Of a stretch of 64,000 bases of DNA, positions 13,073-27,484 are shown piece after piece. The stretch lies in NCBI RefSeq assembly GCF_009914755.1, contig NC_060932.1. One strand, given 5' to 3'. The DNA is from the human T2T-CHM13v2.0 reference genome, Homo sapiens. The notes beneath the pieces were generated by a model. That model was given only the letters and a program-made list of their open reading frames with translations, searched no databases and had not been told where the DNA came from. Within the stretch, counting starts at the first letter, position 1. Each line of letters starts with the position of its first letter. The position numbers were made by a program, and so were the translations under genes.

Positions 13073-13117
13073 TTAAGTTGCTACAGGAAAGATCACTGTA
13101 ACTGGGCCTGCATCCTT

Positions 13118-13212
13118 TCTTTACTCAAACATTCACCAAGCATCTACTGTTCAGGTGTTTCTTGTCTCTGAGCAACAATGATGAATAAAATACAGTTCTT
13201 ATTCTCAAGGAG
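13118..13212 (-). mobile_element. L2 3' end fragment
   Basis: 'ttactcaaacattcaccaagcatctactgt..caggtg...atgaataaaatacagttcttattctcaaggag' is the typical reversed L2 tail. Confidence 0.6.
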
Positions 13213-13269
13213 AAAGCAGTTCATTTCCCTGGACTAACTGCTTTCTCCTTGAGGATAAGAACTGTATTT
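13188..13269. repeat. 34-bp inverted repeat with 14-nt loop
   Basis: Arms 13188-13221 and 13236-13269 are reverse complements at 33 of 34 positions. Confidence 0.97.
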
Positions 13270-13309
13270 CTTATCAGTTACGTGTCCTATGATATGGTTA
13301 GAGAGAGTA

Positions 13310-13480
13310 ATAACCATTAACATTTATTGACTCCTTAATACTGTGTTGGATTACTTTATTTAATATTTTTAGAAACATGAGGTAGGGACTATTATTTTAT
13401 TATTGCTCAGATAAAGAAATTGCAGCTTAGAAAAATTAAGTTCATCTCTGTCAGACTCCAGAACTATGATTTTCACCATT
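13310..13480 (-). mobile_element. MIR SINE
   Basis: 'taacatttattga...catgaggtagggactattatt...cagataaagaaattgcagcttaga...tgtcagactccaga'. Confidence 0.7.
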
Positions 13481-13619
13481 TTTTAAACTGAGTGTTAACA
13501 TATGAATATGTAACCATGTGCAATGGGTGCCCATAAATAAAGAAGATAATGCTGTGTTTTGAAAACCTGTAAAGTGGCAGTGACATATGATATAGGTATT
13601 GATGGAAAAAGGGAAACTT

Positions 13620-14096
<477 letters not shown>

Positions 14097-14636
14097 TCAC
14101 ATGCTCAAGAGTTTTTAAGAAATGAGAACACCGGATCAAAAAAAAAAGTTTGCCAATGCCTGCCCTACAGGAGACCCTTGAACAAAACTCAAGAATAAAA
14201 TAAAGGTGTGAGTCCTCTGGTATGGAGAGGAGGTGTGCAGAGAGTGTTGGGCAGCACATTTATTGGGGTGACTATTTACTGACTTTCTATTTCCACCTCT
14301 GGACTGTAGATTTTATAAATGCAGTGCCCGTGTTAGTTTTGCTCATGATTTTAGTATTAGAACTGAACACAGTACTGGTACTTAGTAGATGCCCTATAAA
14401 TGTATATGGCTCATGTTTTTGGGTGACCGGAAACTCAGAAGAGGGATCAGACATCATCCATGGTCAGGCAATCAAAATGTGGGGATCCTTGGGCTGGGCC
14501 TTCGAGGGCAGTTAGTAACAGGCAAATTATGGCAAAGAGAGATATGTTGGAGAAGAAAGATCATTGATCCCAGGTATGGAGGCACAACAGGGTATAGTGC
14601 ATCCAGAGAACTCCAAGTAAGTTAGTCTGGCTAGAG

Positions 14637-14845
14637 TAGGGTTTTTCAGCCTCAATATTATCAACATTTGGGGCTGGATAATTCTTTGCTGTGTGCAGCT
14701 GTCCTCTACATTGTAGGATGTTTAACAGCATCCCTGGTCGCTCAGTGTCAGTAGTTTCTCCCTCCCCCAGTTGTGACAACCAGAGGTGTCTCCAGACATG
14801 CCAATTGTAATCCAAGGGGCAAAATCCCTCCCCTCCACACCTAAT
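14637..14845 (+). mobile_element. MER20 (hAT-Charlie MITE)
   Basis: 'acatttggggctggataattctttgctgtg...gctgtcct..cattgtaggatgtttaacagcatccctgg...ccagttgtgacaacca...tgtctccagacat'; strand nominal. Confidence 0.9.
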
Positions 14846-16202
14846 TCAGGAGTATCATCAGGGCTTTGCAAGAGAAGGAAACAAGCATGAGGACATAACA
14901 CAATATGCTGCTAGAGAGAAAAGCAGAGGGGAGATTATAAGACATTGTGTGTCAAGACCAAAGAGGATGGGCATTAGCCAAGACCAGTGGAAAATTCCTG
15001 GGAGATTCAAGCAGGGCAGTGCCATTGTGTTTCAGGAAAATCTCTTGGCCTTTGTGGTTTGCAGGAGGTCAGAGTTGCCTACAAGGAGAATGGGTGTTCC
15101 AGTCTTCCAGGCAAGAAAAGATGACAGTCATAACCAGGAGGTCACTGCAGGAGAATGGGAGGAGGGCTGAGAAGTACCTTGGAGATGGAGCCAAGAGAAC
15201 TTGGTCCTGAAGAAAAGAGATGGTGTCAGCATAGATGAAATGAAAGGAACCCTTTCAGGCATGAAGGGAAAGCTAACCAAGAGCTCACTCTGTGGAAGCT
15301 AAACAGTTAATTCGCAAGAGGAAGCTGCTAATCAAATGAACAAGTGTGAAGTGAAAATGCCAACCCCAGTGAAGACGCAGCCAAAGCTGGCAAAGGCAAA
15401 TGGAGAAAACGCAGGCAGCATCAGTGAGCTGTTCCTGGAAATGGAGTCTAACTACATTAACGCATTCAGACAGAGGGAAACAGATGGTCGGTGTGATGTC
15501 CTCAGTCACTTCACAAGCTGGATAAATAATTGTTGCCAGGGAAGGAATAATAAAAGCAGGATTTTGCCAACATGAGCTGTTGCCCTGGCCTTTGGTTCCG
15601 GGAGTGCTTCTGGAGGTGAGGAAAAAGAAAATAAATTGAGAGTGATGGAGGGAAATCAATTAGCCCCTCACAGATGGGCCTCTGACATCCTAGTGACTGT
15701 TATTGTCGCTAATATGAGAGGTTAAGTAAGATGGGAAGAGAAATAACATGGAGGGATTGTATCCAGGGCTTCCTGAGATAACCTTACAGCAGCAGGAGCA
15801 CTCAAAGTGCTTGTGGAACAGCTGTGGAGGACAGGGCAGGGACCAAGCCAGCCAAGCCAAGCTCCCCCGAGGGTGTGGAAAGTCAGGTTGACAGGAATGG
15901 CCTGAATCCATGATGGATCCCCAAAATTCCACTGACTGGAGAAACCCACAGGGTGTATGTGGGGTTCTAGTGTGGGGAAAAGATAGGTTGATTTTCTAAA
16001 CACAGGCTGTTTCCTTCCAATTAAATATATTACTTACAAAAGTGTATATTATGCAAATTTACATTTTGAAGTAAATATTTAGCACAATTGGCTTGATCAG
16101 GGAACAGAAAGAGCATAGAAAAAAGAATAACACATAATTAAAGGTGAATAATTATATAAAAGACATGCTAGACTCTGGCTTTAGGAAATGCTTAGCAAAT
16201 TG

Positions 16203-16312
16203 AGATGGAGAAGGAGGGAGAAGAAAGAGGAGAGAGAAGAAGGAAAGGAGAAAGAAAAACAGGATGAAAGAGGAGAAGGAGGAAGAGAAGATGAAGGAGA
16301 TTAAAGATGTAA
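16203..16312. repeat. GA-rich low-complexity purine tract
   Basis: About 110 bp that are almost exclusively G and A. Confidence 0.85.
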
Positions 16313-16539
16313 GAAAAATCATGTTTTTTTCTAACCAGAGAGAGTATTTATCAAGCCAGAGCCTGGGGCAATAATTTGAGATTGTGCTAATGGTGCGTTT
16401 ATCATTCATATTTGAAATGTTATTGACATTTCTTGGGCATCTGAAGAGGAGTTTATTTTCATCTTTTCTGAATTTGATATCAATAATACACATGAAGCCA
16501 CACAGTGCCTAAATGAGACTTCAAGAGCAGTTACTATAA

Positions 16540-16780
16540 ATAAAGGAATTACTTGCATTTTTTACACCTTCTTTACATGATTTTATTTGATCCTGACAAT
16601 AGTTCTGTGAGGGAGGCAGGAAAGGTGTGATTATCCTTCATTTTTTTGTCAGTAGATATTGCAATACAGCCTGACAAAGCCTAGTGAGTCTTTCGAGCTT
16701 CTCCAGCCTGTTGTGTTAGGATTAGGATGAAAAATCAGGTCTTTTAATTCTTGGTCTAGTGTTCTTTCCACTACACCATG
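16540..16780 (-). mobile_element. MIR SINE
   Basis: 'ttatttgatcctgacaatagttctgtgagggaggcagg...attatcc...ggtctagtgttctttccactacaccatg'. Confidence 0.7.
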
Positions 16781-19026
16781 AGGCTTACTTAAAGAAGACA
16801 GATTTACACATTAGAATCACAAACCCAGAGCAACTGTGAGACTCCCTTTGTCAGTTACCTGGGTGCATCTTTTGATGATTAATGCGAAGTCCCATTTCTC
16901 ACTCAATCAATTTGCCTTTCAAGCAATTCATCACCACTAAAGCCATTCCAGCACCTAATGTGCTCTGAGTGTCCCTGGTAGCTCATATCCCTGCCTTAAG
17001 ACTAATACAGCTCATTTCTTCTGGTAAATTATCTTTGACTAATTCTACCTTAGTTAACCCACTTTCAGACTAAAAGTTTCTTAATTCTTTGCTTGCACCA
17101 TGTTTGGTTATGCTTTTTTTAAAGCAGTAATTTGTGCTACAGTAAAGCCTTTTGATAACCTTTTATGTAGGGGAAAAAGGTTTAAAAAATTAGTTGAACA
17201 ATTTGAAATTGCTATTTTGTAGGTAAAAAGGGTTGAATACTGGAGTTTCTTATGGTTCAGCTTAATCTTAGCTATGATTTTTGTGGAGATTGTTTTCTTC
17301 CAGCTTTCCCTTCCTCTCATTGAAGAAACTATGGTAGCCTGAGCTAATTGCTTGCCTAGGCCCCAAAATAAAAAGTGATAACAGAGAGGAAAATGAATCT
17401 TTTCTGCCTTTTAGATTTCAAAAACCTGGGCCTCTAAGAGAAGAAAACGGAGTAAAGGAGTAGATAAAAGTTTAGGAAAAAACATTTTGTGTAAGATCCT
17501 GACCTTTTTACCCACTTGGCTGGGGGAAGAAAAATGATTCATCAGAATAGAAAGAAGATAAGAGAGGGAACAGAGATGAGGGAGGATTAGAGCAAGCTCT
17601 GTAACTCTGTGTGGATTAGCCCATTTAAAATGGTCTAAGACAAGAGGGTTGGATCTGAAGGGACCATGGTTATGAGATCTGGGTGTGCAGATCACCTGCA
17701 CACCTCTCAAGTGAACACTGCCATCATCAGCAGATGGAAGCCACAGGGAAGCCGAGACAGCACCTGGCATTTGCTGGGCTGGCGAACACCCAATGGTGTC
17801 TGAATTAGAGCTATATTTACTGTCCTTTGATGGTCACCAGTATGATGCTTCTTGATCATCCCCAAAGGAATGACTGCACTCTGTGCCCTGGGACCTTGCG
17901 TGGTCCCAATCTCTAGTCCTACAGGCAGCAGCCCCTTTCACTCAGCACTCCAGCCTAAGCATTGTCTTAATGCTTTTGCAATGTGCTTGACCAATTCACC
18001 CGAGGAAGAAATGTCTTTCAGGGACACTATCCCCACCTTACACTTGCATATGAATTTACAAACCCCAAACCACTTTTCTATCCAATCTTTCTTTAGGTTT
18101 TTCCAACAGATTTTTCAAGGAAGCAAAAAAGACAGCAAATTACTAAGAATGAAATTCACTTTTTAATTTTTCCCACTGAGTCTTCGTCAACGGATAATCC
18201 CTACCTATCAAGACATATGACAGTTCTCTCTCATTTCAATGTTGTATGCATAAAAAGGTAAGAAACTTAATGAAAATTTTATTCTAGACACTTCAAGAAG
18301 ATAATCTGACATTGATGGGCTACATTGATGAAGTGAAGGGAACCCAGATCTCGGGAGGTTTTTGCAGTCGTTCAGGTATGTGGTAACGCAGTACCTCTTC
18401 AAAGGTGCACTATTGCACCAGGCTTTGTTATCTAAACCTAAGCTAGTCACTAAAACAAATAATTTATTCATAGAGTTCTCATTTTTGGGACCCTAAAAAT
18501 GTTGGGCTAGAAAATATTTATGAGACACATTTAAAGGCCCAAAACAGATTGTTGAAAGAAGAAAGATTAATTTCATGGAGATTGCATCCTTTTCACTAAT
18601 GCGGTCTCTCTCCTCTTTAAACTCCTTCCCATGTGTTATCTCAGCAGCAAATTCAGAACCTTCATGTGAAATGGAATTGTAAAGGACTCTGGCTGCAACG
18701 CTATTTGTTGATAAAGCAAAAATTGATTTTCAACAGAAGTTAGAATGAGGAAAGTCAAATTTGGAGGACAGTGTAAAACCTCTAACATTTTCATGAGCTT
18801 TGAAGGTAGACTCTGCTGTTCAGAGATTGCTCAAGACTAAACTGGTCCCTGCCGAGGTATCTATGGACTGTGAGTAGAACCCAATTTACAAAGCACTTGC
18901 ACATTGTTTATCTGGATTTTTATTTTTCTCTTTACTGCCCAGTTGCTCAAGCCAGAAATTGGACATTATCCTTATTTCTCTTTCTCTCCTTCAATCTGCA
19001 CATCCAATCACCAATTTCCATAGCTT

Positions 19027-19196
19027 GGTGGCTTTCAAATTTTAGCATGCATCAAAATTACTTTGTGGGCTTGTTAAAACACAAATTGCTTGGCCTCAGC
19101 TTCAGGGTTTCTGGGATAGGGTCTGAGAATTTAAATTTCCAACAAATTCTCAAGTGATCCTGTTGATTCAGAGACCACACTTTGAAAACCACTGGT
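19027..19196. mobile_element. MER5A (hAT-Charlie MITE)
   Basis: 'tcaaattttagcatgcatcaaaattac...gggcttgttaaaacacaaattgct...gaccacactttgaaaaccactg'. Confidence 0.88.
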
Positions 19197-19611
19197 GTAG
19201 ATGGATTCCTTAGCATCTTTCACATTCATCCGTTTCTATTTCTATGATGACTAATTTGAGTCATCATGGTACATCACTTGTATTATTGCAGTGACCTCCT
19301 TGGAAACACAAATCAGTTAATTCAGGCCCCTGCTTAAGACTTCAGTGGCCCTCTGGAGCCCAAAGGATGGTATCCACACAGACCATCCATAATTAGTCCT
19401 AGACTTACTTCTCTAAACTCAACTCTTGCCAGATCTGCCCTAAACTCCAGTAGTAGTAATGGATGTGTTCTCCCAATGGCCTGGAGCTCTGTCACACCTC
19501 CAAGCCTCTGTTCTATGCCATTTTCTCTGGAATATTTTCCCCACTGTCTTCTGCACAACACCTATGGGCCCTTCTGATCTCAGATTTCAAGTCATCTTTC
19601 ATACAATACTA

Positions 19612-20036
19612 TCTGCAATTTCTAGGGCTTCTGTAACAAATTACCACAAATGGGGTAGCTTAAAACAACTGAAATTTATGATTTCTCAGTTTGGAAGCTA
19701 GAAGTCCAAAATCAAGGTGTCTTCAGGGCCATGGTCCATCTGAAAGCTCTTTCTTGCCTCTTCCGTTTCTGGTGGTTGCCAGCAATCTTTGGCATGTCTT
19801 CATTTCACTCTAGTCTCTGCTTCTGTTTTCACATGACCTTTGCTGTGTGTCTGTGTGTCTCTCTCTTCTTATAGGAACACTAGTCACTGGTGCTAGGGCC
19901 TATCCCATGCCAATATGACCTCCTACTAGTTTATTACATTTGCAAAGACCTAATTTCCAAATTAGGTCAAATTCACAAGTAGTAGGGGTTAGAACTTGAA
20001 CATGTTTTGTGGGGGAACAAAATTTAGCCCACTACA
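19612..20036 (-). mobile_element. MLT1C-like solo LTR, inserted in L2 sequence
   Basis: 'ctagggcttctgtaacaaattaccacaaa...cttaaaacaac...gaagtccaaaatcaaggtgtc...tgcaaagacc...agcccactaca'. Confidence 0.88.
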
Positions 20037-20732
20037 GATGTCTTCAAGCTATCCTCTAGCCTGGGTTAGGTCATCTATGATGGGGCACATTACTTTAATT
20101 GCCTATTTGCTTGCCTGTTGTCTCCACTAGAATACAAGCTTCTTGAGGATAGTCACTGTCTTAATATTGTATCTCCAAAGGACAGCACATGCTATATGTC
20201 ATAAACGTAAGCAGATTTTGATCAATGAACTAAGACATTTCTTGTGTGAACTTCTGCAAACTCTTTAAGACTAGTGGAAGTAGAACTTGCCAGAAATTGA
20301 CAGTGATAAATTATAAAGATTTTTTTGAATAGGGAAAATTATATTTTATAATTTGTAGGACACAGTTTGAAAACTGATCTAATATTATATTTCTGGCACA
20401 TGTGCTGTTTAGACTCAATAAATGTGTGTGTATGTGTGTACATATATGTGTGTGAGTGCGTGTCAATTAAGCAGAGGTTGGAAACCTAAAAAATAAAGCA
20501 TCACACAAATATTTTGGTTAAGAACATAAATATTAGCACACATACTTTCCCATTTGTTTGTTTGTAAAGTAGCAAAACGAAGTTTACTTAAGATACACTC
20601 AGAAGATGAAGCAAAGGGAAAATAAGACTAGGAAAATAAGGTAAGACCAAGAAGATGGTTGCTAAATAAAATGTAGTTTATTTATTTCACCACTGTTGTC
20701 CTTTTTGCACTAATCCAGCACCATTGACGTGA

Positions 20733-22440
<1,708 letters not shown>

Positions 22441-22740
22441 TTAATGTATATTTATACATATATACACATATATACTGAAAACATTAAAAATAATTTTCCA
22501 AATGGATGTATTAGAAAAAAGGAAAGAATGAAAATCTATAAAGAGTGCTTGTATGTACATATATATTTTATACACATACACACACAAACATATGGTTGAA
22601 TCTAGTAACATGGTATTTCTTTGGGATTTTTGCATTATAGTCATTCACATATGAAGTTTTGCCTAATTTTCTCTTTTCTCATACTGCCCTTGTCCAATTT
22701 AGAAATCAAAATTTTACTATACTTTAGAATGGATGAGAGT

Positions 22741-23002
22741 TATATTAGTTTCTTGTGGTACTGTAACAAATTACCACAAACTTGGTGGCTTAAAACAACA
22801 GAAATGAAGAAGTATGAAATCCAAGCATTGGCAGGGTCATGCTCCCTCCTCTCTAGACGAAAATTAGCTTCTTGACTCTTCCAGCTTCTGGTGGCTACAG
22901 GCAGCTGTTGATTTGTGGTCATATCACTCTAATCTCTGCCTCTGTGGTCACCCTCACCTCTCCCTTTCTGTCTGAAAAGTCTTTCTGTCTCTGTCTTATA
23001 AA
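22741..23002 (-). mobile_element. MLT1 LTR, partial (cut off at the L1)
   Basis: 'tatattagtttcttgtggtactgtaacaaattaccacaaacttggtggcttaaaacaacagaaat...ctcttccagcttctggtggct...tcttataa'. Confidence 0.85.
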
Positions 23003-26000
23003 AATAAATCTGATTGCTTGACCAATTACACATAACAGATGTCTACAGAATACTCCACCCATCAATCACAGAATATACATTTCTCTCCTTTTCACATGGA
23101 ACATACTCCAAATCAACCACATGCTCAGCCATAAAACAAGTCTTAATAATTAAAAAAAAAATTGAAATCATACCAACCATATTTACTCTTGGACCACAAT
23201 GGATTAAAACTAAAAATCAATACCAAAAAGATCTCTCAAAACCACACATACATGGAAATTAAACAATTTTGTCCTGAATGACTATTGGGTAAACAATAAA
23301 ATCAAAGCAAATATAAAAAAATTTGAAATAAATTAAAACAGACACACAATATATCAAAATTTCTGGGATGTAGCAAAAGCCACTGTTTTTTTAAGAGGAA
23401 AGTTTATAGTGCTAAATGCCTATCTCAAAAAGTTAGAAAGATCTCAAATTAACAATCTAACATCATACCTAGAGGAACTAGAAAAATAAGAACCAACTAA
23501 CCCCAAAGGTAGCAGAAGAAAGTAACAAAAATCTGAGAAGAACTGAATAAAATTGAGGCCCCAAAATCTATATAAAGGATCAATAAAACTAAAAGTTGAT
23601 TACTTGAAAGGATAAACAAGATTGAAGGACCACTAGCATTAGCAAAGAAAAAGAGAGAAGATCCAAATAAGCACAATCAGAAACCACAAAGGTGGCATTT
23701 ATAATCGATCCCACAGAAATACAAAAGTTCCTCAGAGACAGTTAGGAACACCTCTAAGCAAACAAACTAAAAATCAAGAGGAAATGGATAAATTCCTGGA
23801 AACACACCATATTCCAGGACTGAATCAGGAATAAATTGAAACACTGAAAAGACCAATATTGAGTTCTGAAATTGAATCAGCAATAAAAAACATATCAATG
23901 AATAAAAGCCCTAGACCACATGGATTCACAGCCAAATTCTACCAGATGTACATAGAAGGGCTGGTACCAATTCTACTGAAACTATTCCAAAAATTGAGGA
24001 GGAGCGACTCCTCCCTAACCATTCTATGAAGCCAGCATTACCCTGATAGCAAAACCTTGCAAATACATAATGAATAAAGAAAACTACAGGCCAATATCAC
24101 TGATGAACATGGAAGCAAAAATCCTCAACAAAATACTTCCCAACTGAATTCAACAGCACATCAAAAAGTTAAATCACTATGATCAAGTAGGCTTCATTCC
24201 TAAGAAGCAAGGTTAGCTCAACGTATGCTAATCAATAAATGTGATTCATCATATAAACAGAATTGAAAACAAAAATCATAGGATCATTTCCAAAGATGCA
24301 GAAAAAGCTTTCAATAAAATCTGCCATCTATTCATGATAAAAACCCCCAAGAAACTAGGATCAAAAGAACATACCTCAAAATAATAAGAGACATCTAGGA
24401 CAAACCCATAGTTAACATCATACTCAATTGACAAAAACTGGAAGCATTCCCCTTGAGAACTGGAACAAGACAACGATGTCCACTCTCACCACTCCTATTC
24501 AACATAGTATTAGACATGCTAGCCAGAGCAATCAGGCAAGACAAAGAAATAAAAGGCATCCAAACAGAAAAAGAATAAGTCAAACTATTTCTCTTCACAG
24601 ACAATATGATTTTACAGCTAAAAACCCTGAAGACTCCACCAAAAGGCTCCTGGAACTTATAAATGACTTCAGTAAAGTTTTAGAATACAAAATCAATGTA
24701 CAAAAACCAGTGGCATTTCTATATATCAATAATGTTCAAGCTGAGAGTCAAATCAAGAAAGAAATCTCATTTAAAATAGCCACAAAAAGTACCTAGGAAT
24801 ACATCTAATGACGGAGGTAAAAGATCTCTACAAGGAGAACTACAAAACACTGATAAAATAAATCATAAATGACACAAACAAATGAAAAAACATTCCATGC
24901 TCATGGGTTGGAAAAATTAATATTGTTAAAATGACCATACTGTCTAAATAAATCTACAAATTCAATGCTATTCCTATCAAACTACCAACATCATTTTTCA
25001 CAGAACTAAAACAAATCTATTCTAAAATTCTTATGGCACCAAAAGGAGCCCAAATAGTCAAAGAAATCCTAAGCAAAAAGAACAAACCTGGAGTCATGGC
25101 ATTATCTGACTTCAAACTATACTATAAGGCTACAGTAACCAAACCATCATGGTACTGGTACAAAAACAGACACATAGACCAATGGAACAGAACAGATAAC
25201 CCAGAAATAAAACTTCACACCTACAGCCATCTATCTTTAACAAAGTTGACAAAAATAGGCAATGGGGAAAGGTTTCCCTATTCAATAAATTGTGCTGGAA
25301 TAGTTGGTGAGCCATATGCAGAAGAATGAAATTGGACCCCTACATTTTACCATATGTAAAAGTTAACTCAAGATGGATTAAAGCTTTATTTGTAAGACCT
25401 CAAACTCTAAGAATCCTAGAAGACTAACTAGGAAACACCAAGAGCCTTGGGAAAGAATTTATGACTAATTCCTCAAAAATAATTGCAACAAAACCAAAAA
25501 TTGACAAGTGGACCTAGTCAAACAAAAGAGCTTCTGCACAGCAAAAGAAACTATCAACAGAGTACACAGATGACCTACAGAATGGGAGAAAATATTCACA
25601 AACTATGCACCCAATGAGCTCTAATATCCAGAATCTATAAGGAACTTAAAGCAACAAGCAAAAACCAAATAACCCCATTAAAAAATGGGCAAAGGACATG
25701 AACAGACACTTCTGAAAAGAAGACATGCAAGTGGCCAAGAAACATATGACAAATGCATCACATCATTACTCATCACAGAAATGCAAAATCACAACTCGAT
25801 AACATCTCACACCTGTCAAAATGGCATTATTAAAGAGTCAAAAAACAATAGATGCTGGCAAGGCTGTGCAGAAAAGGGAGGGCGTATACACCATCAGTGG
25901 GGATGTCAATTAGTTCAGCCACTGTGGAAAGCAGTTTATAAATTTCTCAAAGAATTCAAAACAGAAGCATCATTTAATTCAACAACCCTATTACTGGGTA

Positions 26001-26025
26001 TATATCCAAAAGAAAAAAAACTATT

Positions 26026-26480
26026 AGATCTCATTTGTCAATTTTAGCTTGTGTTGACATTGCTTTTGGTATTTTAGTCATGAAGTCCTTGCCCATGCCT
26101 AAGTCCTGAATGGTATTGCCTAGGTTTTCTTCCAGGGTTTTTATGGTTTTAGGTCTTACGTTTAAGCCTTTAATCCATCTTGAGTTAATTTTTGTATAAG
26201 GTGTAAGGAAGGGGTCCAGTTTCAGTTTTCTGCATATGGCTAGCCAGTTTTCCCAACACCATTTATTAAATAGGGAATCCTTCCCCCATTGCTTGTTTTT
26301 GTCAGGTTTGTCAAAGATCAGATGGTTGTAGATGTGTGGCATTATTTCTGCGGCCTCTGTTCCATTCCATGGGCCTATATATCTGTTTTGGTACCAGTAC
26401 TGTGCTGTTTTGGTTACTGTAGCCTTGTAGTATAGTTTGAAGTCAGGTAGCATGATGCCTCCAGCTTTGTTCTTTTTGCT
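26026..26480 (-). mobile_element. inverted 5' segment of the nested L1PA6/7-like element
   Basis: Minus-strand ORF '[26 protein letters not shown]...[28 protein letters not shown]' is L1 ORF2p. Confidence 0.95.
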
Positions 26481-27484
26481 AATTAAACTAAAGAGCATCT
26501 GCACAGCAAAAGAAACTATCATCAGAGTGAACAGGAAACCTAGAGAACAGGAGAAAATTTTTGCAATCTATCCATCTGACGAAGGGCTAATATCCAGAAT
26601 CTACAAGGAACTTAAACAAGTTTACGAGAAAAAAACAAACAACCCCATCAAAAAGTGGGCAAAGGTTATGAATAGACGCTTCTCAAAAGAAGACATTTAT
26701 GCGGCCAACAAACGAAAAAAAGCTCATCACTGGTCATTAGAGAAATGCAAATCAATACCACAGTGAGATACCATCTCATGCCAATTAGAATGGTGATCAT
26801 TAAAAAGTCAGGAAACAATAGATGCTGGAGAGGATGTGGAGAAATAGGAACGCTTTTACACTGTTGGTGGGAGTGTAAATTAGTTCAACCATTGTGGAAG
26901 ACAGTGCGGCTATTCCTCAAGGATCTAGAACTGGAAATACCATTTGACTCAGCAATCCCATTGCTGGGTATATACCCAAAGGATTATAAATCATTCTACT
27001 ATAAAGACACGTGCATATGTATGTTTATTGCAGCACTATTCACAATAGCAAAGACTTGGAACCAACCCAAATGCTCATCAATGATAGACTGGATAAAGAA
27101 AATGTGGCACATATACACCATGGAATACTATGCAGCCATAAAAAAGGATGAGTTCATGTCCTTTGCAGGGACATGGATGAAGGTGGAAACCGTCATTCTC
27201 AGCAAACTAACACAGGAACAGAAAACCAAACACTGCATGTTCTCGCTCATAAGTGGGAGTTGAACAATGAGAAGACACGGACAGAGAAAGGGGAACATCA
27301 CACATTGGGGCCTGTTGCGGTGTGGGGGGCTAGGGGAGGGATAGCATGAGGAGAAATACCTAATGTAGATGATGGGTTGATGGGTGCAGCAAACCACCAT
27401 GGCACATGTATACTTATGTAACAAACCTGCATGTTTTGCACATGTATCCCAGAACTTAAAGTACAATTACAAAATAACAATAAT
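26481..27484 (+). mobile_element. sense 3' segment of the nested L1PA6/7-like element (ORF2 C-terminus, 3'UTR, A-rich tail)
   Basis: 3'UTR 'ggggctaggggagggatagc..gagaaatacctaatgtagatgatgggttgatgggtgcagcaaaccacc...cccagaacttaaagta' followed by a degenerate tail. Confidence 0.95.
26745..27263 (+). pseudogene. L1 ORF2p C-terminal fragment with the cysteine-rich (CCHC-type) motif
   Basis: '[29 protein letters not shown]...KKMWHIYTMEYYAAIKKDEFMSFAGTWM'; belongs to a truncated, non-autonomous copy. Confidence 0.9.

Noticed and set aside
15336-15575. 79-aa ATG ORF with protein-like composition
   Set aside because: No recognisable homology or convincing flanking splice sites; kept only as part of a repeat-free block.
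26031-26766. Divergent overlapping L1-like ORFs suggesting a novel fusion protein
   Set aside because: Artefact of reading across the twin-priming inversion junction.
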